A DNA stretch of 63,605 bases, filler included, from Octopus bimaculoides (GCF_001194135.2; 7 parts of 7 records of this genome joined end to end with filler, not necessarily neighbours in it), one strand, 5' to 3'. Counted from the whole stretch's first letter, positions 38,199-50,989 are shown. Numbers and translations: made by a program. The notes: generated by a model from the sequence alone, not told the origin.

Positions 38199-38953
38199 AG
38201 GTGAGATTTACATATCAACGTATATATAGTTAGACACACAAAGACATAGAAACATAAATATATACACAGAGAGACAGAGAGAAGGAGAGAGTTTGATAAA
38301 TAAAAAAAAAAAAATGCTAAAGAGAAAAGGGGTTAGTTAGAGACTGACGTGTGTCAATGTAATTAGTCTATCATCGTTCTCATCTCTGGACATGTATTTG
38401 TATGTATGGGCGTGCGTGCGTGCGTGCCTGCGTGTGACCCTGTGCGCATGTGCGTATGATTGCTTGCATGAGTGTATACAGAGAACGTAAGAAACAGAAG
38501 AACTAAGATTTATAGAGACACATTCATATTTTAAATCTTTTACTCTGTCTCTCTCTGCCTCACACTCTCGCAATCTCCTCCACAACCATTCTCTTTTTAC
38601 TATCTCTCCATCCTCTGTTCCTATGTTAGCCCTCTCTTTTTTTTTTCCGTACATTATACTTCCCTCCTACATACTTCCTATCAATACCCACCCTTCCCCT
38701 ATACTCCTCCTATCTCTTGTGTTCACTCCGTGCCATTTAATCAATAAATACCTTTAGAAACTCATTTTAATCGATGTGTGCCTCCGCATTTTGCTGGCCA
38801 CAACTTCCAACACTCCGCCCCGTTTATGTGTTTTTGTAGCGAAGAGGAGGAGATTACAGTTTTCATTCAGTTCGAGTTGTCAGCGTCATAGAGCCACACA
38901 TCATAACTAATAAAACAAAATACAAATTGTAACACAAATCATATGGGTGAATA

Positions 38954-39037
<84 letters not shown>

Positions 39038-39064
39038 ACACACACATATACACATACACACAGA

Positions 39065-39222
39065 GTTAGAAAGATAGATAGATAAATAGATAGATAGGTA
39101 GATAGATAGATAGACAGATAGATAGATAGATAGATAGAGAGTTAGGTAGAACGAGAGAGATGTGATAGAGAGATGTGATAGATGCATAGATAAGATAGAA
39201 AGATAGATAGATAGATAGATGG
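39065..39222. repeat. Imperfect (GATA)n microsatellite following (CA)n
   Basis: Directly visible. Confidence 0.9.
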
Positions 39223-39647
39223 GTAAAATGTACGTAGTGGCGTTTAGGTGTATAAACACACACACCCAAACACACACACTTATATGTATATGAAAGGGAT
39301 GTGAATATGTATGTGTATATGTGGGTGGGTGCGTGGGTGAGTGTGTGTGTTTGTAAGTTTTTGTGTGTGTTAAATATATTCGTGAAATTAATGCCGTCAA
39401 AGGCAGTGGGCCAAAATATAAAGGGCCTGTCCACCTGATTTTAGGAACACACACTGAAGGGAGATTTTGCGAGAAATACCTCCCATTGCAAATATCTTCC
39501 TCATTCGTTGTCTTTCGCTACAAATGCATAGTTAACATCGGACGAATATCTTCTCGGTTCATACCATAAATTGATAAATGAATTTATAAACAAAAACAAA
39601 AAAGGAAAACAAAATCACAGGAAAAAGAGGCATACAGAATAGAAGAG

Positions 39648-39686
<39 letters not shown>

Positions 39687-40387
39687 AGTATTAACAGGAC
39701 AACTTCGACATAAAAAGTAACGTTCTTAAACTACATCATAACTTGAAAAGAATATATATACACACATGCACACACACACACTATCTCACATACACACACA
39801 CTCAGACATATACATGTATATATATGTATACATAGATAATTGTATATATAAAATATGATGCTATATATAAATATATATATTATTGATTAATGGTTATATA
39901 CTTTACACAGAAAATTCTTACAAAACATAAAAAAAAAATTAAAAACAGTAAAAATTTTAAGAATCAGCAGTATTAATATTCAATCTTGAAAGTATATATA
40001 ACTACATATATATATATTCATGTTCATATAGAAACATACATAAATATATACATATATGTATACATATATTTACATATGATATATACTTGTATATATATGG
40101 ATGCTCGTATGTACAGATATATACAAAATAACACGCATATACATGTATGTTCAATTGCCGAATTATTTTCGCATATTTTTAACACAGAAGTGTTATAAAC
40201 TTGTGCATAACCCTACTGTGTGTATAGTAATATTTATTTCAACCGTTTTTTTCATCAAGTCATCTCTCCGCATCTTTTGTACGGCGTCGACATCAACTTG
40301 GGCGTGTACAGGACTCGATTTATAGGTATACATTCACATACATATACGCACGCACACATATACACGTAGACATACGTTCGCACACGA

Positions 40388-40452
<65 letters not shown>

Positions 40453-41687
40453 TATATATGTTTGTAGATATGTGTGTATGTATGTTTAAATATCTATAGC
40501 TATATACGTACATTTACTTACATCTATATTTCTATACAAAGGTGTATAGAAACAAGCAGGTCAAAGACTGCCAGTAACTAAAAGACCTTTGCCCAACGTT
40601 TAACTCCCCAAACACCGGAGAACTATCAAAGCTAAAGGCTCAGGCCAAGAGAGTCAGAAACTTTTTCACTGTAAAGTTACCGTTTCTCGCCGTTAATCTG
40701 TAAGTTAAACACTTTTGTTTACCATATTTTTATTTATATCACAATTCATTTTATCGTCTGTTTTGTACTGACAAGTGACATGGTCGCCATCGTAGTAGAT
40801 GAATAAAGCTTCGTTGACAGGACGAAGACAATTTAAGATACGTCAACCGAACTCGCAAACTGGCTCCAAATTCCAGTCCATGTTACTTGATAGAGTTGTG
40901 CAAGAAATATTCACAATATATTTGAATGTCGCTTTATTGTATCTTAGACATCATGACAAGTGAACGAGGTTTCATATTAAACTGTTTCTAAAGTAGGAAT
41001 TGCGATACACAGGACAATCGAGATACCGTAACACAAAATGTTTTAATTAATGACAAGATTTAAGACACTTGTGAGAAAGATATACTTAAAAAATTAAACA
41101 CCACCCCATATGAAACATTATATCATATGTATTTTAACCCTTTACCTGTTCAAAGTATTTTCATAAGTTTGTCCTAAAGAAAAAAAAAACTAAAAGCAGT
41201 TCATATATAAAGATTCATATATATGTGCCGCTATCTGACGGTTGTTGTTACAGCATCATAAAATTTTCGATTTAATGAACAATAACAAAGGCAGAACCTT
41301 CTCTTGTTTTTTTCTTTCGCTTTTCTTTTTTTTTTTGTCCGAGGTTGGGTATTCTGGGTACAGAAGGTAAAGAGGAAAATGTAAAATAAATAGATAGATA
41401 AATAAAATAAATAAAACAGAAACGGTTTGTGGGTAAAGGGACTTGCTTCACAGACAAGATTACCAGGAGTTAAGTTAAAATCATGCTGTCTTTGCAGATA
41501 CACACATGCACTGATGTACATGAGCTTAGAAGTACAAACACAAAGACNNNNNNNNNNNNNNNNNNNNNNNNNNNNNNNNNNNNNNNNNNNNNNNNNNNNN
41601 NNNNNNNNNNNNNNNNNNNNNNNNNNNNNNNNNNNNNNNNNNNNNNNNNNNNNTATATATATATATATATGATTCTTCATAAAAATA

Positions 41688-41915
41688 CGGGGGAAAGCTG
41701 AAAAGTTCCTAGCGTTGGATAAAAGAAAATACAGGAGTTACAGGGTTAGTAAATTATGATTTTATTCAACATATGCTATTCCTCGCTCAGATTAACACAC
41801 TTATTGCAGTGGTCCTTCAGTCTTTCTAAGACCTGTAAAAGAACTCGGAAGTTTGGGCCTCCAACCAGACATGTCGCGATAGCCTTAATGTCAGGAATTT
41901 TTCAGCAACGCCTTG
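41688..41915. mobile_element. Mariner-derived MITE (228 bp) flanked by TA
   Basis: Imperfect TIRs cgggggaaagctgaaaagttcct / aggaatttttcagcaacgccttg. TA at 41686-41687 and 41916-41917. The body matches 45024-45130 and 46050-46089. Confidence 0.8.
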
Positions 41916-42602
41916 TATCAAGAGTGGTTTAGTATATGACGAAATCCCGCTTGTTGATGTGGGATCACCACCCCAAACTTTCAAAGTTTATTTCATGCCA
42001 TGCATCGCTTTGGTTAATTTGTCTGAGCGGCAGAGGCCCTAACATGGTCTGGTGCTGTTGTGAAAAGTTAAAGCTATTAAAATAAAACTTAAGAGTATAT
42101 TACCACTTTTCAGTTTTTAATGTTGCGTTTGCAATGTTATAAGTTACATGAACGCTTCTAGGACCATAAAATAGATTTTATTCCCAAATTATATTCATGA
42201 GTGTTAATATGTGTGGCGGTGCATGACAAATAATATATTGAATATCCATACGTTTTCGAAACCTATGCTTTTCTTTTGCAAGTGTTCTGAGACAAAATAA
42301 CCAGTCTGTTTAAGATAATAGAATATACATATATATATATATATANNNNNNNNNNNNNNNNNNNNNNNNNNNNNNNNNNNNNNNNNNNNNNNNNNNNNNN
42401 NNNNNNNNNNNNNNNNNNNNNNNNNNNNNNNNNNNNNNNNNNNNNNNNNNNNNNNNNNNNNNNNNNNNNNNNNNNNNNNNNNNNNNNNNNNNNNNNNNNN
42501 NNNNNNNNNNNNNNNNNNNNNNNNNNNNNNNNNNNNNNNNNNNNNNNNNNNNNNNNNNNNNNNNNNNNNNNNNNATGTATGTATGTATGTATGCATGTAT
42601 GT

Positions 42603-43738
42603 CATTGATCAGTTTTATTTCAAGATTTATTGCCAATAGAGAAAGAGCCGGTTTCTAAACTAGATTCAAGGCTCCTACATTGGAATTTCAATATATCAAC
42701 AACTGGGTAATATATTTGTATGTATGTATATGTGCAGATTTGTATATTTTGCTATATGTATGTATCCTGATGAATATAGTTACATATCTAGACATGCTCA
42801 TATATATTTAAATAATAAACTTCTGAAAAGTTTTACGGATTTTTACAGTTTCAGTGATGGATTAGATCTATGGTCTTCGAATTAGCTTTCTCCTGTCTGA
42901 TTTTGGGAAGCATAATTTCTCGAGATTGATATTTAGACAATGTGTTACATATCCCAGGGCCTCAATAATTACATGTATAAAACTGAACTCTCAGCGTAGA
43001 TATTCTCTTTTTCACTGATCTTCAGCTGTATATTAATAATTGCTGGGTTGCTAATTTCCACAATTGCACACAATGTCTCCGCTCTGTCCCAAATCATTCT
43101 ATCAGGTCTGTTGTGCTTTCATTTTATTGAGGTCTTCACTTGCACATTCCACCAGTATTCATTTTTATTATAAGTCTTCTACCATATCGTGGGTCCTTAT
43201 TTCTTTGTCTTCGGAATTATTGTTCCGACGGATTTCATTGTAGAATGGCCTAGCTATAACATCATATCGCATCGATAGATAATACTCTGATTACATTTTC
43301 AGACAACTACTTATGATGTGGGTGATATCTTCGGTGTTAACTCCAAAAAGTCTGCATCGGTTGTCTCATTTTACAGCTTTTCCTGCATTTCTATCGCTTT
43401 TGTGCATCAGGTACTTGGTTGATATTTCCTGTTCCTGGATTGCAAACGCATACCCTTTAAAGTGGGAGGTAGTAATCCGACCATTGATCCATGATAAACT
43501 GCTTTGATGATTGATGTTACTATCATCTCGGAGCTTTCTACTAACATATCCATGCATAGTCTTCTGCTCATATAGGCTCATCCTTTCATCTGATGATACG
43601 TTGCGGTAGAATCGTGCGACTTCTTTAGGCATGTATTGCATGTATTCTAGGTTATCAGACAAAGAATGTCGATCAAGGAGCGGCTTCCAAATTCTTATCA
43701 GTTTCAACTATGCAAACTTGGCCAAGCGATACACTTCG
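42603..43738 (-). mobile_element. R4/Dong-like RLE retrotransposon, subfamily B, 5'-truncated, embedded in (CATA)n
   Basis: TMHGYVSRK...SSLSW...SHFKGYAFAIQEQEISTKYL, EDITHIISSC, EYWWNV...HNRPDRMIWD...IVEIS, then a 3' UTR. (ATGT)n directly on both sides (42575-42602, 43741-43790). Confidence 0.85.
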
Positions 43739-43769
<31 letters not shown>

Positions 43770-43885
43770 TGTATGTATGTATGTATGTATGTGTGTGTGT
43801 ATGCATGCATTTGTGTATGTATATATATATGTATAAATGTATGCATATATGTATGAATATGTATATACATATATATATATATGTA

Positions 43886-43926
<41 letters not shown>

Positions 43927-43927
43927 G

Positions 43928-43974
<47 letters not shown>

Positions 43975-44174
43975 NNNNNNNNNNNNNNNNNNNNNNNNNN
44001 NNNNNNNNNNNNNNNNNNTTAATTAATTAANNNNNNNNNNNNNNNNNNNNNNNNNNNNNNNNNNNNNNNNNNNNTATATATCGCTTAGGTATTGCAAGAT
44101 CTGGCGTAGAACTCAGTATACGTATAATTTAGAACGAAGTGTTAGACATGTATAGAGCAGTAATAAGAAAATGT

Positions 44175-44216
<42 letters not shown>

Positions 44217-44309
44217 TGTGTGAGTGAGTGTGTGTGTGTACGCTCATAGTTGTTGTGCTTAACAAGCAGTGTAACGTTGTGTTTCGTTGCATTGCAGCTT
44301 GACAATTAG

Positions 44310-44440
44310 AGAACGATAAAAGAATTACCAGTCTTAAAAAAATAAATAGTAAGGTCATTATAATCGACTAAATAGTAGAAGGAGGTGCTTCAGAATGGCC
44401 GCAACCCACTGACTGAAACCAGTAAAAGAATAAAAGAAAG
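44310..44440 (+). mobile_element. SINE 3' fragment (S1-type tail)
   Basis: aattaccagtc...tataatcgactaa...ggtgcttcagaatggccgca...gactgaaaccagtaaaagaataaaag is similar to 2620-2735. Confidence 0.5.
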
Positions 44441-45023
44441 TTACTGCAAGTTATTTCATATCAGTTTCTCTATTTTTCCACAGAACTACCTTATACATAC
44501 CTTGTTTATATACTGTCAGAGAGATTTTCTCCAAATGACTGGTAGACTGTAAAAAATTTTTCTCTGCGGTTTATATTACCGTTCAGCTAAGAAACTTTCG
44601 CAGCCAAAGAATCAAGCATTTAAAAAAAAAATGATTTGGAATAATTTCATGAAATTCGTCCCAGACCAACAACCTCCAAACTTAGCCCAGAGCTACACAG
44701 AGTTGAAAGATGAAATCTTTGAAAAAGAAAGATTTCATCTTTTCTGCATCATTAACTGTTGGCTACTTGCCAATGTATCAAATGATAAGCGGAAATATAT
44801 CTTTTGTATACTGACTTTTTTCATTATAAGAAACAGATTTTTCTCCAAATTCATCTTGTTTTATCATCAATATTTTAAAGATAGCAAGGAGAGATGAACT
44901 AGCAAAATCGGGGTCGGATAAAAAATAAAGACCTTTGCTCTGTTTAGTTATAGCCTATGCGTTGTGAGTTCAAAACCCACTGAAGTCAACTTCGTCTTTC
45001 AGCTCTACGAATTCAATAAACTA

Positions 45024-46089
45024 ATTTTATTCAACATATTCCCACCTCAGATTCATACATTTATTACGGCGGCCCTTCAGTTTTTCTAAGTCCTGTAAAA
45101 AGAACTAGGAAGGCAGGGTCTCCAACCAGCAATCACATCCGAATCGGAGTGAAATTTCGTTCCCTTGCGAGGTTTTTTCAATTGTGGAAAGTGGTGGTAG
45201 TCGGAGGGTGCCAAGTCAAGAGAGTAAGTTCGGTGGCTTACCAATTCGAAGCCAAAGTACTAGTACATTGTCCCACAAAAACAGAACACTACGGCGTTTC
45301 TACTTCGAAGCTTCACGTAGTTCGTCCAACAGAGACATTTGGCATTCTTCGTTGATGGTGCGACCCTTTGGCAGGTATTTATGAGGAGTATTCCGTCTTT
45401 ATATTAGAACACTGAAGCTAGAATCTTTCTAACTGACTTCTGGGTCCGAAACTTCTTGGGATGNNNNNNNNNNNNNNNNNNNNNNNNNNNNNNNNNNNNN
45501 NNNNNNNNNNNNNNNNNNNNNNNNNNNNNNNNNNNNNNNNNNNNNNNNNNNNNNNNNNNNNNNNNNNNNNNNNNNNNNNTGCAGAAAGCTTTCTTACCAC
45601 CAAAATGTCGTGGATGATGTAGCCAACTCTTTCGCGGGAACCCGCCAGAGGCTCAGCTAAAACTTCAGCTGAAATCCGGTGGTCCTCGAGAATCATGATA
45701 TGCACAGCGTCGGCTTTGTTCACTGGTTGCGGAAGTTCATCTGTAACCTCGAAATGACCAGTCCGAAAACTTAAAACCTAGATTTTCACTGTGGAACAAG
45801 ACGAGCAGCAGCCCTGCAAGACTTCCCTCCTCTCGCCCATGGATTTCCACGTCTTCTTGCCTTGCAAAAAAAAAAAGGAACTTCATGACCGCTCGTGCTT
45901 CAATCTTACCAAAATCCCACTTTAGGAGCTGCCATTATGCGTTAAGTTTGCACAAAAGAGAAAGATATATTGTATAACATCATGATTCTTTGCACATCTC
46001 CTAAATAATTGTCCTACCTCCCCTGTAAATGTAACAGTTCTACCCTTTCGCGACACACTTAAAGCCAGGAACTTTTCAGCACCACTTTG
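45024..46089 (-). mobile_element. Decayed mariner (DD34D) transposon with transposase pseudogene
   Basis: KIEARAVMKFLFLQG, HTH-like MILEDHRISAEVLAEPL...IIHDIL..RKLSA, KILASVF*YKDGILLI, YSLDLAPSDYHHFPQLKK (YSPDLAPSD motif). One TIR at ~46060-46089; the other appears lost. Confidence 0.9.
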
Positions 46090-46239
46090 TGTATAATGCG
46101 CGCACGCGCGCGTATGTGTATGTATAACCACTAACTTACGGAGACCTAAAAACATTATACCTGTTGTCGAGCGGTGGTGGGAGACAAAAAAAAAATCAGA
46201 TATAAAGATACACACATATATATACATATATGTACACCA

Positions 46240-46393
46240 GGCTTCATTCAATTTCCGTCTACTAAATCCACTTACAAGGCTTTGGTCGGCCCGAGGCTGT
46301 AGTAGAAGACACTCAACCAAGGTACCACGTAGTGGGACTAAACCAGGAACTCTGTGGTTAGGAAGCAAACTTCTTGCCATACAGCCACGCCTG
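46240..46393 (-). mobile_element. SINE family S1 (5' half, CpGs retained)
   Basis: caggcgtggctgtatggcaagaagtttgcttcctaaccac...ccttggttgagtgtcttctactacagcctcgggccgaccaaagcc. Confidence 0.8.
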
Positions 46394-46722
46394 ATATATA
46401 TATATATATATATATATATANNNNNNNNNNNNNNNNNNNNNNNNNNNNNNNNNNNNNNNNNNNNTTAATTAATTAANNNNNNNNNNNNNNNNNNNNNNNN
46501 NNNNNNNNNNNNNNNNNNNNTATATATATATACATATATGTATGTATGTATGTATATGTATATGGGCATCACACAGGGATAAGATTTCAAAATACGTATG
46601 AAAGTCTTGTAAATCCGATTATCGTTAATGCAAAACCCCGTAAAGCAACAGTGTTAAGGAATGTGAACTTTCGGTGTAAGCATTCTATCTGCTCGAAATA
46701 GAGCAGCGCAGTCACAAATACT

Positions 46723-46778
46723 CCAGCGGCAGCAACAGCAGAAGCAACAACAACAACAACGACGACGACGACGACGAC

Positions 46779-46839
<61 letters not shown>

Positions 46840-46940
46840 GTGATGATGGTGATGATGACGAAGGGTGATGATGGTGATTATGATGACTAATAATACTAAT
46901 GTTAATAATAATAATAATGGTAATAATAATAATAATAATG

Positions 46941-46991
<51 letters not shown>

Positions 46992-46992
46992 T
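46723..46992. repeat. Graded trinucleotide array CAG > CAA > CGA > TGA > TAA
   Basis: Directly visible. Confidence 0.95.
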
Positions 46993-47288
46993 GCATATAG
47001 TTGAAGATCACGTANNNNNNNNNNNNNNNNNNNNNNNNNNNNNNNNNNNNNNNNNNNNNNNNNNNNNNNNNNNNNNNNNNNNNNNNNNNNNNNNNNNNNN
47101 NNNNNNNNNNNNNNNNNNNNNNNNNNNNNNNNNNNNNNNNNNNNNNNNNNNNNNNNNNNNNNNNNNNNNNNNNNNNNNNNNNNNNNNNNNNNNNNNNNNN
47201 NNNNNNNNNNNNNNNNNNNNNNNNNNNNNNNNNNNNNNNNNNNNNNNNNNNNNNNNNNNNNNNNNNNNNNNNNNNNNNNNNNNNNNNN

Positions 47289-47332
<44 letters not shown>

Positions 47333-47589
47333 TATATATGCAGCTCTGACGCACGAACACGTTGCACATCCTGAAACACGCTGACTGCAATATTAGCTCT
47401 ATGCAAGAATAATGCATTATATTTCTTTTAGCAAATGCATCGTAGGATAAGTGTACCCAGATATGGTTCATAGGGATCATTTAAAGGATCCCTACTCTCT
47501 CGTCCCCTTTCTCTCTGTATACACGCATGCGTGTGCTTGTGGAATATGAAACACATCGATCTTTCTTATTTTTGACAAAATCAGCAATT

Positions 47590-47755
47590 TTAAAGATCGA
47601 AGGTATCTACTATATCAGCCCCAGTCCATGACTGGTATTCATTTTATTGAACCTGAAAGAATGAAATGCATTTGAATTCAGTACGTAATGAACCGGAAGA
47701 AAGACCGCTAAGCATTTTGTCCGGTGTGGTAACAATTCTGCCAATTTATCACCTA
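47590..47755 (-). mobile_element. SINE family S2, diverged
   Basis: aattggcagaattgttaccacaccggacaaaatgcttagcgg...tgaattcaaatgc...ttctttcaggttcaataaaatgaataccagtc. Confidence 0.6.
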
Positions 47756-48086
47756 ATATAAACACACATTAACATAAACTCATATCAATAAGGAATGTAT
47801 TAAATGAATATCTCCCGAGGTCTCCCTATTTTTGTTAGCACTGAAACTAGAATTTTACCCATGGCAAGCTCTGGAGCAAGATTATTTTTGTATAAAACCA
47901 GCAATTAATACCATATTTGATAGTACGTATAAGACACTTTTTTTTTTCCAAATACGCGTTTCAAAAATTAAAAACCACCCCGGGTCCCCTATGCAAAGTT
48001 GAGCCTCCTCTAAGCTAATTTTGTCCTTTACGCTGACTGTACTAGGTTAACTTCTACTTTGTCCTTCTCTATAATATTATTTGCTA

Positions 48087-48209
48087 GTTCGACTTTGCCT
48101 TTCATCCTTTCGGGGTCGATAAATTAAGTAGCAGTGAAACACTGGAGTCGATGTAATCGACTAGTCCTCTCTCCAAAATTTCAGGCTTTGTACCTATAGA
48201 AGAAAGGAT
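48087..48209 (+). mobile_element. 5'-truncated S2 SINE with 12-bp TSD
   Basis: TSD tattatttgcta at 48075-48086 and 48210-48221. Ends gaagaaaggatt. Confidence 0.85.
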
Positions 48210-48224
48210 TATTATTTGCTAAGT

Positions 48225-48450
48225 CAGGCAGCGACCTGGCAGAATCGTTAGCACGTTGGACAAAACACTCAACAATATTTCGTCCGTCTTTACGTTCTGA
48301 GTTCAAATCCATCGAGGTCGACTTTGCTTTTTATCTTTCGCGGGAGTGGTCAATAAAATAAGTACTAGTTGAGTAGTGACGTCGTTGTAATCGACATCCA
48401 CCCCCTCAAAAAAAAAACCTGCTGCCTTGGTGCCAAAAGTCAAAAACCAT
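48225..48450 (+). mobile_element. Full-length S2 SINE
   Basis: aggcagcgacctggcagaatcgttagcacg...gttctgagttcaaatcc...gaggtcgactttgc. Confidence 0.8.
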
Positions 48451-49078
48451 CATTACTTGAACTGCAAATGCTGAAATAATTGTGAAGCTTTATAAGTGTG
48501 GCATTAGTAATACCTTTGGTGGCACAGAAGATGATGCATGATCTGAAGACAGTGACGTCAATCGAGATATCAGCATCAGCAATGACAAGTTTATAGGATT
48601 TAATTATAAGGATTTGTCTGGTTTTTGAAGATGATTAAAACTTTTGTTTATATGTTTTGGTTTATGTTCATCCGTAGGGGAAGCCGGCTTTTTATAAAGT
48701 ATATTCTGCTTTGTTTTTCTTGCATCTTTTATTGCAAGTAATCATGAAGGATATTTTTATTCTGGTGATTTCTTACTTTATGTTCAGCAGTACAGCCTAC
48801 TTACTTTTTATATACAGTAATGTTTTCTGCTATAGCTAAGGTATTTTTGTTATGTATTGTGATGTATTGCTAGATTGTTTTAAATATTACATGTTTTAAT
48901 GCATTAACAACGTTTTTTTTTCCTGAATATACGATGTTGAATTGGGATGCGTCCAATGCGCCCATGCTTCTTTTATAACCACAGATGCAGTAATTTATGC
49001 AAGTTTCATCTACCTATGTCATTGATTACACGCAAAGAAATATCAAAAATCTATAACGGTTTGGCGTAAGTTAGAATA

Positions 49079-50200
49079 CATCACCCTAAATCTGACATCG
49101 AAAGGTTATATATACAATGAATTGAAGGTCCTAGAAGCCTTATACAACTAGAAAACGACTCTAAGATATTCACCATAAGATTACAGAAATATCTAACTCA
49201 GAACCAATAAAAATTGATACAAATAGCCACATAACAAGAGCAAAACGAAAAACTGTTTTCTGTTTTTAAGGATGTTGAGAAATACAAGAAAGAGGTCATA
49301 GCACCTGATAACAATGAAGAAAAGGAGAAAATGACAAAAGTTGTAAAGCAACTGAAATCTAAGCTAAAACAGGAACAGCAAAATACCATGGAAAAACGAC
49401 GGTAAGAAAAACCCTTACATGGCAAATACCAGGATAAGTTAAACGGAAAAGAAATAGACAAAGTAAAACCCCAACAACTGTTCAGAAGTTTAGAACTCAA
49501 AGGAAAGAGTGAAGGATTTTTAAATGCAGCGCAAGATCAAAGCCTCCCTACCATAAATGCATAATGAAGAAAACTACAAGCAACTACAGAAAATGTGGTG
49601 ATGGGGAAGATACAATAAATCATATTGTCTCTGGCTGCGCAGTCTTGATTCGGGAGGAATATATTCACAGACATGACAGAGTTGGGATTTATATACGCTG
49701 GAAGCTATGCCAACGCTATGGAATGACAACAGAAAAAATGATGGTATACATGTATCTTAGAAAAGGTTTTAGAAAATGAGAAAGTAACCATACTCTGGGA
49801 TATGCCAATACACACAGATAGGGAGATCAAAGTTAATTAGACTACATATAGTTGTCAGAGATCATCAAGACAAAAAGTACCTCCTAATCGACGTATCAAT
49901 TCCAACAGATGACAATGTGTCTCTAAAAGAAACAGAGAAACTCTCAAATAGAAAGATCTGGAAATAGAGATAACCCGAATGTGGAGCCTAAAATCTGAAA
50001 CAATCCCTATAATAATAGGTGCATTAAGTATGATTAAAACGCAGTTACAGACGAATGCATAGCCAAAACACCAGGACTTACGAATAAATGTAACATACAT
50101 AAAATAGCACTAGGCACCGTACACAGTACACAGAGCTGCGCTCAGTAGTGCAATGAGAGCATGTGATAAAAATAAGATTACTGAATAATAATAATAATAA
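49079..50200 (+). mobile_element. R4/Dong-like RLE retrotransposon, subfamily A, 5'-truncated and decayed
   Basis: HHPKSDIERLYIQ, KPLHGKY, GFLNAAQDQSLPT, CGDGEDTINHIVSGC, RHDRVG, IDVSIP. The 3' UTR matches 6570-6640 and ends in (AAT)n. Confidence 0.9.
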
Positions 50201-50204
50201 TATT

Positions 50205-50410
50205 AATAATCCTTTCTACTGGAAGTACAAGGCCTCAAATTTGGGGGAAGGGATTAAGTGATTACGTAACTGGTACTTATTTAATCGACCCCGAAAGGAT
50301 GAAAGTCAAAGTCGAACCCGGCGGAATTTGAACTCATAACGTAGCGACAGGCGAAATACTGCTAGGCATATCGTCCTGCGTGCTAAAGACTCTGCCAGCT
50401 CGCCGCCTAA
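50205..50410 (-). mobile_element. S2 SINE inserted antisense within the (TAA)n tail of the RLE element
   Basis: The reverse complement runs from aggcggcgagctggcagag to gtagaaaggattatt. (TAA)n on both sides (50184-50208, 50414-50510). Confidence 0.85.
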
Positions 50411-50440
50411 AGAAAAATAATAATATAAATAATAATAATG

Positions 50441-50507
<67 letters not shown>

Positions 50508-50593
50508 TAATATTTTTTTATCATGTTTTATTCGTTCATCTTTCGCTAATTAGGCCAAGTGGGAACATTTCTTTTGAAGATCTCCAATCATCA

Positions 50594-50624
<31 letters not shown>

Positions 50625-50791
50625 CCACACGCACAAACTTACACATGCACACGCAAACACATGCCAAATGCACACAGATACAAACATTCACGTACACATG
50701 CACATAGATATGCCTTTTATACATTTATGAATTACGTACGTTTGCTGTGCATATGAGATCGCAACTACGTAACACAATATGATTCATGTGA

Positions 50792-50825
<34 letters not shown>

Positions 50826-50847
50826 CATACATACATACATACATACA

Positions 50848-50881
<34 letters not shown>

Positions 50882-50989
50882 CATACATAGTACGTATATA
50901 TGTATGTCTAATGCAGTGAATGAATGTGCACAAACATGCAAAAGTACATGTGGACATACATTCATATTTCTTCCTTGCCACCTACATCA

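Larger units (their letters stand above)
47911..48817 (+). mobile_element. Internally deleted pogo-like (Tc1/mariner superfamily) element carrying two SINE insertions
   Basis: TA-flanked degenerate TIRs (ccatatttgatagtacgta / tacttactttttatatacag). Transposase C-terminal remnant VKLYKCGISNTFGGTEDDA at ~48489-48545 (cf. KSFKKCGISNALDGTEDD). Confidence 0.6.

Noticed and set aside
40700-40830. Protein-looking minus-strand stretch LFIYYDGDHVTCQYKTDDKMNCD
   Set aside because: It is bounded by stops, has only a weak AAG acceptor, and shows no homology.
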